Shown here in pieces: positions 14,378 through 26,740 of a DNA stretch of 64,000 bases (positions within the stretch are counted from its first letter, which is position 1; each line of letters begins with the position of its first letter). This DNA is from Vermamoeba vermiformis (lineage: Eukaryota), in contig JBEWZL010000266.1 of NCBI GenBank assembly GCA_045837725.1, positions 248,001-312,000 of the forward strand, read 5' to 3'. The notes under the pieces were generated by a model. The model was not told the origin of the DNA and ran no database searches. It saw nothing but the letters and a program-made list of their open reading frames with translations. A program made the translations under genes and the position numbers.

Positions 14378-17084
14378 TCAGTTAATAAATACTTTGAGAA
14401 TTCGATTGACTGTCTTCCTGCAAACAATGCAATTCGAATTTGGCGGGAATTTTGTGCTGCAATCAGCGCAGCATGTAACGTGGCCGCACGGATCGAACGC
14501 GACACATTTTGGTTTTTCTAAACAGACCAAACAGCGCTGCTGTTCTTCTGTCACTCGCTTAGCCTTATCCAAGGCTTCTTGTCGAATCTTCTCTTCCTGT
14601 TGGCGTGGTCAGTCACAGCTGCCAAAAAAGGAAATTTTGTTTCCCGTACCTTTGCTTCATCGATCGCTTTGATAGCGTTTTCAACGTTTTTCCGCAGCGC
14701 GATTAACTCTTCTAACGGCATTTGCGCAAGATTTTTGCCCTTCAGCCGCTCATTCTCACGCATTAACATTTGCTTTTCGACTTCAACTTTGTCTTTTTCA
14801 AGTGCCAATTTCTTATTTTGTTTCTTCAGCTTTTCAATCTTGTCCATCAGCTTCAAGTACTGTTGTTGCGCACTGTTGCGATTGAACGCACTGCTGCTCT
14901 GATGGCTCGAGTGCATGTTGTTTGAGCTGACGGGAGTGAACAGCGGATGAGGCGCCACGGGCATGTCACTCGTGTTGGGACTAATATAGACTAGCAGAAT
15001 ATGACGTGTTAGTCGGACATGATCGACAATCTGTCGCACGTACCTGAGTAAATGACATAGAGTCCATTGCTAATCTTTGACTTGGCACGTCCTCCGAATG
15101 TGTACATCTTGTTGTTGATGACGTTAGCGCTGTGGAATGCGACGCCACCGAGGGTAAGGTGCTCGGGCAAGATCAACTTGCATCTGAACCACCGATATTC
15201 AGCCGTGTCGAACAACAGTGTCTCGTTCAAGTAATCGTCTTTGTGCGTGCCACCGTACACGAGCACGTAATCTTTGCCTTGGTGATGGTAATGCACGGAC
15301 GAGTGACCGCTACGTGATTGCGGCATGAAGCTCTGATCGAAGAACAATCCTGGACCCACGGCATTGACTCCATTCGTAGCACCTGCAGAGCCATTGCTGG
15401 AGCTCAAACTGCTGCTCGAACTGTCCTTGTCGCCCTCACTGTCAGGCGGTGAAACTGTGGCCTGTGAAGGCAACTCTAGCTTCAACTTGGTCCATACTTT
15501 GTCCTCTGCAAGTGACGCATTAGCACCGAGTTACAACCACTGCACATTACTACGTACTTATATTCAACATCCAAGTGTCGTGCCTGTCGTGCTTGCCGTC
15601 ATAGCCTCCGTGAATAAATATTCTGTCGTCAATAGCTGTCGCACTGTGGCTCGATCGGGGCTTCGGACTCCGACCAGGAGCAGGTGTGAATTTATCCCAC
15701 CGGAGCGTGGCTATTAAACGTATTTTAATATGGAGTTCAATGTGACGGATTGAATGAATTCGAGCGCGGAACAAATCAATTCAATCGCACAACAAATCAC
15801 CGATAACTATTGACGAGCAGTTCAATGTGATATCGTACCAGTATCGAGCACGTGAATGTCAGCCAATCGGTTGTTGCCGTCAAATCCGCCAAACACGAAC
15901 ATCAGTTCACCGACCATGGTTGCCGAGTGATTTCTCCGTGGCGGTGGTGCATTCTCCGTGTTGACTTTGTGCCATTTCAGCGTGGCCGTGTCGAGCACGT
16001 GCAAGTCATTCATAATTTTAATCGCTTTGTCCGCGGGATCTTGCGTGTCACCGCCAAAGATGTATATCTCCGTGCCAAATGCTGCGATGCAAATAAAATT
16101 GATAAATTATCCAATCGTGATATTATCACTAGTGGTCTCGCCTACCGCATGCTGAATGAAAATAACGCTCGCTGGGTGAGGTACCAGTCGTGTTCAATTT
16201 CTTCCAAGCCATCGTCTCTGTCGAATGAAACAATCATTATTATTGGTCGTCAATATTTCTGCGACATTTAGCAGTAAATTTCGGAGTCTTAAACGAAGAT
16301 TTGTTTTGCATCGTGCAGAATAAATCTTATATTAACATATTCGTATTGTCTTGCGTCATACCAGGGTCAAATACATAGACCTCATTCAATCGATTGTGTT
16401 TTTCATCGTAACCTCCAAATATGTAGATCTTGTTGTTGACGACAGTCGCGGTGTGTCCATAACGGCGCGTAGGAATTATTCCGCCGACTTCGGGCTTATT
16501 CCATTTCACTACAATACAAATGAGTATTCGAACGGGATTCGAAAAACAAATGGCAGTTTTGATTCATGAATCATAGAAAAATGTCGGTTAAAAGATGAAT
16601 ATATATTGATCGCTATAATGATCATGAGCGAATTAAAAATAAAATTGGATTTGATGGTCTAAAAGAGCGGGAATTTCGCTTTGCAGATTATGCGACGTGT
16701 GGGACACGTTTTGCTTAGTCTTTAATATATATGATACGTAGCGTAATGATTTAAATGTACATGAAGTGAAATAGGCACCAAAAAGTCGCCGATAATTCGA
16801 ATAATTTAAATCCGTAATGGTGAATTTGGTAAATAAAATAAAAGGGCACAAATAACAGCATATAATTGCCATATTAGAATTAAACAGCATTATAAGCATA
16901 AAGTGTCGATTGGACAAATAATAAAATTGTAATTACCATAGATCTGATCAGACCGTTCTATTTTCTCGCTTTTTGCTTTTTCCCTTCGCGTCATGGTGCG
17001 TGGTTGAAATGAATCGTCTGAGGTTGTCAAGTCCTCTCGAGGCTTGGGCACAGAGAGACTTTTATTGCTGCTATTGAGCGCCAT
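14378..17084 (-). CDS. Kelch-repeat protein with coiled coil and C-terminal RING finger
   Basis: Repeated R-x-GH/HSA...FGG...ND...W kelch units; C-terminal CLVC...PCGH..CC..C...C..CR. Confidence 0.85.
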
Positions 17085-17773
17085 CTTACGGAGTTTAGAT
17101 GTCGCGTTTGGTGCAAACAGAACGAATATTTAATGAGTTATTAACCATAGTTGTGTATAATATAAAGGTTTGGTGAGGAATGAATGGGTGGTGTCCTCTC
17201 GTCCAATAGGATCGAAATTTTTTGTTGGTTGAAAAGTCACAAAGTCCTGGCATAACTAAATTTTATTTCCCAGCTAGTGAACTCACATGCATTAGATATT
17301 TATGGTATATACAGATGTATAAATGACATGGTAGCCATGCGCAAAGAGGTATTTCATCATGCGGCAAATTGTTATTCGTGAACTAGTCCAACTAGCAAGA
17401 TTATTTTATTAATTGTGTTCGTACTTATAGCCAATATATATATTATAACAATTTTACATCACCGATGAATTTACAGATTTAAATTTAAAATGGTAGAAAT
17501 CCAATCCAGTGTATTAGGCACGGATCGCCCAAATTATTTTTTCAAAGTTGCAATTCAGTGTGCAACTGTTGCTGACCCTTGCACGCTTACGTAATGGCCG
17601 TAATTCGAGTTAAACTTCTTGGTGAGGCCGTGAATCCAAAGTTCAGATTTAAAGCTAAATTTTTATTCAACACGCAAACATGCAAATATATGCGAAGGAA
17701 AAATTGTATTTTTGGTCAGTAATGTACGAAAATTTATTGTAACTATTTGTAAAGCAAGGAACCACGACACGAA

Positions 17774-18984
17774 ATGGATGGATGCTCTGCTGCACCACCG
17801 GGACGAAATTCAGAGTATCATTTCAGCATCAAAATTTCTTTACAACAGACCCAGCCTCGGCACAAAGGTGGACGAAATACAACCCGATCGGGCAAGCCTG
17901 CGACTCCCAAAGGCGGTCATAAAAACAAGAAAAATAGAGCGTACGCTCAAAAGCGAGAAAAAGAGTCCCCTAAGCAGGAGAGTCCTAGCAAAGGTAAGCA
18001 AATTATCGTTGAACTCTTGAACTCAATTATCTCGACTCTGCCTCTACGGCCGTAACAACTAGAATTAATTTTACTTGTTAGCAGCTGAACCAGTACTCGC
18101 ACAAGCCCCTAGCGAAGTTGATGAAAGTCAACTCGCTAACTCGAACTGGATTCAGGCACTGAGTATGTCCGCAGCCCTCAAATTATTCGTAGCAATTCAT
18201 TACTTACTAATAAGCACATGATGCAGGAGAGGTGCTTGCGAAGGACAGAGAGTTGTTTGCAGAGCAACAGGCTGAAGAGCGTAAGTCGTTCATCAACGCG
18301 CTCAACAAAATCTCTCAACGGATGGAGTACACGACTTTGAATGGCGAATCTCAACGCTCAGGCTCCGAGAACAAGCTCGGATTGATGTACGAGCTCGCTA
18401 TGGAGCAAAAGTTACAATCAATCGTGAGTAGCGACTTCCCGCACTTAGTGCTCCATGAAATCCAGACACGCCGCCTATATAATGAAAAGGATCCGCACTT
18501 TGCGACAACTCGTTCGACATTAGGTGAGGTTGCAATGTACCTTTTGCAATGATAATACTAATAGAGACATTGCAGTTGACAACATCATCCAATTAGAGAT
18601 CGACTTGATGGCCTTTGGCTCGTGCCCTTCACGACCCAATCTAGTACCTCGGTTAATCGATGTAAGCACTGGTTACACACAGTATGCATACAGTTACTCA
18701 CTACGGACTTTGCATAGGATAAGGCGAATTGCGTGATTGTCGTCGAGGTCACTACAAGCCCCATTGCAAGTGACGAATGCAGGTTGTTCAAAAAATGCAA
18801 GCAACTCGACCTGCGCGTGCGCTTTCTCGAAGCGTACTACCAGTGCCCCATTCGTGCGGCCTATCTGCTTGCCGGCTACACCGAAGTCTGGGACCATGAT
18901 TTAGCTGATTGGCTAGCCAATCACAGATTCACCCGATTATTGGAGTTGTACAGAGATCATCTTTTCAGGGTGTACATCTCATGA
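17774..18984 (+). CDS. Basic N-terminus, coiled coil and putative PD-(D/E)XK nuclease-like domain
   Basis: Spliced exons give GLMYE ... LEIDLMAF ... VIVVEVT ... KKCKQL; the gene model is well supported, the domain call is inferred. Confidence 0.55.
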
Positions 18985-19188
18985 GCTCAGCTCGAGCGAT
19001 TGTTTAAAAAATATATATCGTAGGGTATAATGTTTTGGAGGTTTTTTTTGTGGTGGTTTTTTTTTTATGTCGCGCGTAATTAATGGCAAATGAGAATCTG
19101 CGCGCAGTAGTGACAAGTTGACGTAGCCGAACAGGACATAAAGTTTCAAATGTCCCCGCATCTTACATTGCACTTAATATCGCCACAT

Positions 19189-21590
19189 ATGACCACGCAA
19201 GCAGGTGTATTCATCGCACTAATAGCCGCGCTGTTAGTTGTATGCGCTGGACAGACTGTTCTCGTTACGCAAGCGGATCTAGCGTCTAAATCCACTTTCG
19301 GTTACTTTTTTGCGTCATCAGCTGGCAACCAATCATTAAAATTCGTCACATTAAATAATGATCGATTTAACGATGCTATTAGGTAAGCAGATCCGGGCAA
19401 GCGAGATCCGATTTTTATTGATAAAATTGAAATTGAATCATTTGTCATTACAATAACTACAGCATCATAGTATTAATCGAGATCTACTTAGGGTACAAGT
19501 AGGACCTGATTTGCCAAACTTCTACAGCGCGCAGTTCTACATCAATTCTACGTGCGTGGCATCCGGTAACATTTTGGTAACTTTCCGATCACGTGCTCTT
19601 AATTCCGCAAGAGAATCTAGTATTGACTTTCAGACCTCTAGATCCTCTCGTTCTCGGTAAAGAAGTTGACCAATCCTGGCGTGCCATTGCGAACGAGCAT
19701 CAACTACCAAACCAACAACGACATTTTTCAGCGCTTTGGTTTCCCGTGCGACAAGAGCGAGGATTGGTGCGACTACAAAATACCAATAAGAAGCCCTGCG
19801 AGTCTGCCGTGCTACAGCCGTACGATATTTTACTACGGCCTGTCACTCGGCGAGACGTTCTTGGTGGCCAATGTCAGTTTGACGGACTACGGGCCATTGA
19901 ATCACACGCAGTGGATGGCCTTGAAACCACTGTTTTATTACCCTGACCGCGGCAATGTGACTGCGGCGTGGAGGCTGGCTGCAAATGCGCGCATCGAACA
20001 GCACCGCAAGACGCCATTGACGGTGACAGTGGTGGACAAGAACAATCAGCCGCTTGAAGGCGCAGTGGTGTCCATTCAACAGACCAATCACAGCTTTCCG
20101 TTTGGAGCTGGCTTGCAGGCGACTAACTTCTACAAAGTGAACGGGTACCGTGATGTATTTTACGAGAACTTCAATGCAGCGGTGCTTCAAAATGACTTGA
20201 AATGGCTATTCTGGGAAAAAACACCAGCCAATCAGAACAACACGCTCAACGTCGTCAAAGAACTGTACTCGCGCGGCATATACATTCGCGGTCACAATCT
20301 ATTATATCCCCGGTACTCGAGCATGCCGCCAGACATTCCAACGTTGAACGCGACTCAAACACACACGCGCATTGTTGAACACTTCAAAGAAATCATCAAT
20401 GTCACGTACGACTACATCAAAGAGTGGGACGTCATCAACGAGCCCTACACGTGCACTGTCATACAAGGCGTGGTGCCGAACACTGTCGGTCTAGCACAAG
20501 CTGACGGCACACTTGGCAATCAGTTCGCAGTTGAGGCGTACAATCTCGCTGCATCGCTGACACCACCTGGCACGCTGTTGTACGTGATATATAGCGCGGT
20601 GTGCAGTCATGATAGCGATATTAATGGTCATTACAGTCGAATTGCATTGAAATTGAGCTGGTCACGCCGATCCAAAACAGTTTGGCGCCAGATCAGCAGT
20701 CCGTGGCCAATTTCGAGAAAGAATTCGTCAAAAACAGCGAGAACATTGGCTCGCAGCTCAAGAAGAGTGAGGCAAACAGACGACCTCAGTAATTGCTTGG
20801 CCATTCAACGGTCAAAGCAACCAAATGTGGCGTATTCAATATGCAACTCCTCCTATGCCTACCGGATTTGTAAGGCAACGGAAATTTGAATTTCAATTCT
20901 TTACTAACTTCTTTATGGCCAGGTTCAACCTCCTGCCCAATACGCTAGACCTACTTACAACTATAATCAAGAATACGTTCGCACAGCCGTTTTCGTTGTT
21001 CCTGCCGGAGTTGACCCGATGACCGCTCAAAAAATGATGAAGGCTTCTCAAGTATTTAGAATTTATGATAAGGACTGCTCTGGAACCTTGAGCTACAAAG
21101 AATGGAAGAAAGCAATGAAAGCTCTTGGTTATAAACTTCCAAAGGGTCAAAAGGAGCAATTATTTTATATGATCGATAAGGATCGCTCCGGATACATCGA
21201 CGAACGTGAATTCTGTAAGTTATTCATTATTAATATCGATATACTACCAAATTTATCCTTAATCTAACGTTTAAAATAACTACTAGGCGAGTTCTGGGCT
21301 CAATTCGGATTCTAATTCAACAAGGCTCTTTGTTTTACTTAAAATGCTTTAATAAATAGTATTAAGCATTAAAAAGCGATCCAACGGTCTATCAGTACAG
21401 CTCGGACTTTGCCAAGTGGGTGCAACAGAATGGCGGTAAGCTCACTGGTTACGGCCTTGAAAGTCACGTTGGCGGCAATATCCGATCGATTGGTCAACTC
21501 GACGACGTGTTTCAAGCCACCGTTGCCGCGCTTGTTGGTCACCACACCGTCCAAGTCAATTACACAGCTCCAAACGCAATATCCGCACAC
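19189..21590 (+). pseudogene. Secreted GH10 (endo-xylanase-like) glycoside hydrolase gene, interrupted and internally deleted
   Basis: Signal peptide, HSFPFG, FNAAVLQNDLKW, IRGHNL and WDVINEP (acid/base) up to 20579; the reading resumes at ~21378 with LTGYGLESH; no nucleophile (ITE-type) segment seen. Confidence 0.7.
20825..21315 (+). CDS. Small two-EF-hand calcium-binding protein (2 introns)
   Basis: DKDCSGTLSYKE and DKDRSGYIDERE loops; stop at 21313-21315; AATAAA at ~21351. Confidence 0.85.
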
Positions 21591-21932
21591 AGCAAGCGCT
21601 CATCAGTGCGCGTTGAAGAATGAGCTAAAACCGAGCCGCGAACAGAGGGCCCCCCCCCCGCGCCCGTGCTTTGTGATTCATGGCAGCGGTGCGACCAAAG
21701 TAAGAGGTGTAGGTGATCGTGGATGAGTGCGGCAGTTGTCTCGTCTGTGCTGAGTGATAGCCGCGGAGGTGCTCTCAGGAGGATGAAGGTGTGCGAGTGA
21801 GGACGTGCTGACGAGGGACCTGAGTGTTGTGCTGGTCTAAATACCTTTCTGTCGAGGGCGACGAGGAGACACACCATAAGTTCTTTCTGAAGGCAGGTGT
21901 GCGGGACGTGTGGCGCGTGGCGAGAGCGTGGA

Positions 21933-22087
21933 CGGGGGTGGGGGGGTGCGGAGCGGGCGGGGGGGGGGGGTGGAGGGGGGGCAGCGGGCGGGGTGGGGGG
22001 GGGGGGGGGGGGGGGGGGGGGAGGGGTGGGGGGAGGGGGGGGGGGGGCGGGGGGGGGGGGGGGGGGGGGGGGGGGAGGGGGTGGGGG

Positions 22088-22118
<31 letters not shown>

Positions 22119-22158
22119 GGGGGGGGGGGCGGGGGGGCGGGGGGGGGGGGTGGGGGGG

Positions 22159-22204
<46 letters not shown>

Positions 22205-22245
22205 GGGGGGGGGGGGGGAGGGGGGGGGGGGGGGGGGGGGCGGGG

Positions 22246-22283
<38 letters not shown>
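21933..22283. repeat. Near-homopolymeric poly-G tract (~350 bp), probable sequencing/assembly artefact
   Basis: Almost pure G with sparse random substitutions, preceded by a gradual increase in G content. Confidence 0.85.
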
Positions 22284-22284
<1 letters not shown>

Positions 22285-22557
22285 CGCGCGAAGGACGACA
22301 TCGTCAAACCAAACCTTCTATTGGTTAGTACGCTGTTTCTAGTGTTATTAACTGCAGGCAAGTTTTTTGGCAAAATTTCCAGGTTTTTTTTCGGTTCTTG
22401 GTTTGAGTTTTTTATTTTTTTTGATAACTGCGTGAAAGCACAACAACAAGTACCTTGTTTTACCAGGCTAGCTACTATTCAACTCCGTAAGTTTAAGAAG
22501 ATTGCCCACGCAGACCGAATATTCAAAGACTATTCTCTAACAAACTGAATTATAGAT

Positions 22558-23155
22558 ATGGACAAGAAAAATCGAGCCAATAACGATGCCCTAAAGAGCA
22601 CCATGTTCATCCCTATTAAATTATCTCGCTCGTAAGCTTTATTTTCAGTTGTTCTGCGTTTGTAACGGCTATTTCCAACAGGAAAACCCAAACAAAAAAA
22701 AATGGTCGAGCACGTGGCTCCAACTCAAACACAAGTTCGTGTCTACTTCGGAAAGTCATGAACTCTCGTATAATGGGCCCGCCTCCGATAGCAAGTAAGT
22801 CTACTACAGAATAAAATCGTCTCTAATGCAGTTTTCAGCGACTGTCTCTCCTAGAGGTGTGAACAAGGAAGAAAAGAGTAAGTTTTCAGTACGCGTACTG
22901 GCCGAGATCTGACTTGTTTTTTTGCAAAGGCGGCAACTCTGAGGCTGGACAACAGCCGGTAGTCACCGCCAAAGGGCTACGAGCCCATTTGGAGATGAGG
23001 TAAGTAGCTCGTAAACGTTCTTTCAATCAATCAGATCCTAACCTGACCTAAACCAGTCTCCAATTCAAGCTCAAGGAGCTCGAACTCCTACAACGGGAGA
23101 TCGGCCACCTGGAGTCGGTGCTGCAAATCCTGCAGCTCTCCGGTGTTTCGTAAGA
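22558..23155 (+). CDS. Orphan small multi-exon gene ending in a Leu-rich coiled-coil-like exon (most complete copy of a local array; 5' exons uncertain)
   Basis: GT-AG splicing gives ...TVSPRGVNKEEKSGNSEAGQQPVVTAKGLRAHLEMSLQFKLKELELLQREIGHLESVLQILQLSGVS*. Confidence 0.5.
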
Positions 23156-24810
23156 TCAAAATTGAGCGATCCTGGCAGGCAGCTGCCTCGTTGTAATATA
23201 TAAAGTATATAGGCGATTGTTTGTAGAATATTGTACATAAATGACATCGTCTCACGACTGTTGCGTGTCAACGTTGATCCATTTAAAGCCGCGCAATCTG
23301 GAGTTGATCTGGTATGCATTGCCATTCGATTTAGCATAACGAGATACATCAATGATACTAAATAGCTCCTTTCACGGAAGTAGTGACTGTTTTCATGCCA
23401 ACCAGTCCAAAACAAAAAAAATTGGTCGAGCCAGTTGTATTAATAGTAACGCGAACAAACGAAGAACAACAAGTCTCTGCTTCGACAAATCATACTGAAC
23501 TCTACTAAAGAATAAGGTCGTGTTTAATGCAGTTTCAGCGACTGTCTCTCCTAACAAGAGATCAGAGAGTAAGTTTTCAGTACGCGTACCGACCGAGATT
23601 TGACTTGTTTTTTGCTAAGGTAGCAGCTCTGAGGCTGGACAGCGGCTGGTAATCACTGCGCAAGGACCAAGAGCCAATTGGAGTTGGAGTAAGTTCTTGT
23701 AAACATTTTTTCAATCAGACCCTAACCCGATGCGTTTTCAAGTTAGTTAATAAGTTTTTAAAAATTAATCAAAGCCTCAAATTAACATCTATATGATATC
23801 TTAAACAACTGATATGGTTAATTGAAATTATTCAAATCATCTGCATCGAAATTGAATTTCGAACTTTTTTTTAGCGGTCAAATCCAACTTTGAGTCTCCT
23901 TTTCTGACTTCTGCCTCGAACTATTTTAACTACTATTGCATTTATATTATGAGCTTCTTACTATAGAAGACTTCGCGTTCGAACTCGATCTTCATTCGTT
24001 TGTAGAGCTCAAAAATCTTGTCCTATTTCTTAGCTGACCAATAGTATGATTCCTCATTGAGATGATCGAGTAGATTTTGTAGTATTTCCTCAAATAAGGC
24101 AAGACTTCTTGAGGAGGTATTGGAGAATTGGTTCGGGCAATAAGACGGTAATCATACCTGCGCTCTATTTTTCAAATCATACATCTACCGGCCAATACCA
24201 AGGGGTGGGGTTTCTACTAAACAATAGGTTCGTCTCTAATGCGTTTTTCAGCCAACACCTCTCCAAGCAAGGAGGAGAAAAGTAAGTTTTCAGTACGCAT
24301 ACAGACCGAGATCTGACTTATTTTTTTGCAAAGTCGGCCACTCAGAGGCTGGACAACGCGGAAACAAGCGTCGAGCAAGGGCTAGAGCCCAATTGGAGAT
24401 GAAGTAAGTAGCTCGCAAACGTTCTTTCGATCAAATCTAACCAGACCTAAACCAGTCTCTGACGCCAACTCAGACAGCTCGAACTTCAAAAATAGAGCGC
24501 ATATTTGCGATCAATGTTGCAACTCCTTCAGCATCTGCCCCCTAATGCCGAGTAAGGGCTAAGAGCCCGAATGGAGTTGGAGTACGTAGCTTGCAAACGA
24601 TCTTTCGATCAGATTCTAACTAGACGTAAACCAGCCTTGAAATCAAGGTCCAACATACCGATCTCAAGCAACGAGAGATCAGATACCTTCGCTCGGTATT
24701 GCAGGCCTTTGAGGGCTCTGGTGCTTCAGTCTCTGTAAACCAGATCTAGGCACCAGCCTCGTTGTAATACATAGCCTGTATATATGCGATTGTTATATTG
24801 TACATAAATT
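22817..24810 (+). repeat. Degenerate direct-repeat array of the orphan gene's exon/intron block (3 near-full copies plus 1 partial)
   Basis: Shared blocks such as gtaagttttcagtacgc, ccgagat(c/t)tgactt and gaggctggaca at ~22820-23060, ~23520-23730 and ~24230-24460; partial copy at ~24550-24750. Confidence 0.85.
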
Positions 24811-25037
24811 TCATTAGTTCGTTCAAATTGTCTTTTCATTAAGATCTCCGATCCAAATGTACGCTGAATCAGTCAGAAAATTAGCTTGCATGTACGAGCG
24901 ATCATTTCATTATTGCATAAGCGGAAAGAATTCGATCATTTCGCTTTGGATTTTCAGCAACAAAATAATCGCAATCGCAAAAGCTGAGTTTATAATTTCG
25001 TCAGTACTCAGTCACCACTTTCCTTCCTCGCCTAAAC

Positions 25038-25618
25038 ATGGGTACGATACATTTAATATATTACAATAACCTCGTACAATGGCTAAGCAACGCTGTTAAA
25101 CAGACAAAGCATTTTGGTGGAAGATTGGTTGCTTATCCTCTGCAGCTGCCGTAACCTTGGGAGCATTTGGAGCGCACAGTAAGTAGTCGCCCAAAATTAT
25201 GAAAAGTATTTTTAAAATTGTTCTATATTTTTAATTAATTTTGTTTGATCAGGCTTGAAGGGCAGAAGAGACGCGGCCTTGCTTAAGAACTGGGAGACCG
25301 CTGTATTATATCACTTCGTCCATTCATTCGGTATGCTCGCTGTGGCCATGTCTCCACGCACTCCTAAGACAGCAGGTAAAGAATATCAAAAAAGCGGAGC
25401 AGATCTACTCCGTGACTAGAACAATCTTTAAAAGTATCTTGTATTGGTTCACTCATAATTGTATGATAGGCTACGCGTTCTTAGGCGGTACAGCGCTATT
25501 TTCTGGATCCCTGTACGCAATGACTTTGACCGAGAAGCGCTGGCTGGGCGCGATTACCCCAGTCGGCGGTGTTATGTTCATTGCGGGCTGGATTGCACTC
25601 GGCTTGACTGGTTTTTAA
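25038..25618 (+). CDS. TMEM256: TMEM256/DUF423 membrane protein
   Basis: [32 protein letters not shown] and LGAITPVGG motifs. Confidence 0.9.
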
Positions 25619-26294
25619 CGTTGCATGCGACTCTGTGTCTCACGCGACTGTCATGCGTTGATCTATTTAAAGCCGCGCAATCTTTGGCGTGGATCTGGCT
25701 ATGCATTGCAGCTTTGGGCATTCAAATGTAAAGTATTGTGATATATACTCTCTTTATTTCCAATAGATAAATTGAAAGTTACAAAACAAGTCGAAATTTT
25801 AGCGGATTTAATCTGAAGGCGATATGCCATTCAATTCGATTTAGTATACCGATCTATATTAATAATAAGTTAGTTCCTTTGCGGGAAGTATTTATCGATG
25901 ATTACTAATACAAAAGCATTGAAGAAAGTAAAAAGAGGTTTATAGTATTTGCTATTTGACGAAAAGAAGCGGCTTATCTGGCTATTTCTTTTCTATCGCG
26001 GTGGCAATTATGATGTAGAAAAAATATATATAATTATTTTATGACGAGGATGCAAGAATTAAGGCAGATCGGCCGAAATTGAATGGAGATCAAAAGGCAA
26101 TTTCGGAGTCTGTAAGAGCTAAATATGCACAAATGAATCAGATTCGTGCTGTTATGGAAATCTACAGATTCGGAATTCGACGAAATTCAATGGAATAGAA
26201 ACAGATTTCAGGTTGAAAAAAGAAATAAAAGCGCAACCTGGATCTTGTCAAAATCATCAATCAACATCTGATCAACACCTCAACTCAATAAACA

Positions 26295-26740
26295 ATGCTG
26301 TCTAGACTTACTCAACTTGCTAAGCGCGCTGCTTTGACTTCAAATAAGAGCACTTCAATGAAAGTTGCTAAGCGATCGCTTATTTCTGACTTAAGTAAGA
26401 ATATCTGTCAATTATAAGCATGCTAGTGCTATGAATATGATCGCTAATGTCATATTTCTTATAGGCACAAACATGCGCATTACCGGTAATGATGGCTACG
26501 AGATCAAACCGGATGTTGATCCTATGCTTATTCGCGATTTGAAGCGTGAAATGAAGAACAATGAAGATAAGGACTCAAATTCTAATATTAAAGCTAATGA
26601 TGAGGCACCTGAAGATCATTGGGAAGACTACATCGATCCTAAGATTAAGCAGAGAGTCCAAGAAAACAAGTCCAAAGTGACCTTAGACTACAACTAAGCC
26701 TAGCGTTCGGTAATGCAGTTCGAATTGGAGACTTGATCTC
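26295..26740 (+). CDS. Small hypothetical protein with mitochondrial-presequence-like N-terminus
   Basis: MLSRLTQLAKRAALTS... (Arg/Lys/Ser-rich, no acidic residues) is spliced to ORF 26431-26697; 3' end uncertain. Confidence 0.55.

Noticed and set aside
21824..22548. Poly-Gly and poly-Pro (formin/extensin-like) ORFs
   Set aside because: They are translations of a G homopolymer with no codon structure, open in several frames on both strands
22817..24460. Repeat array interpreted as CRISPR or LTRs
   Set aside because: Units are over 200 bp, degenerate and carry exon/intron structure; there is no spacer periodicity and no cas, gag or pol gene
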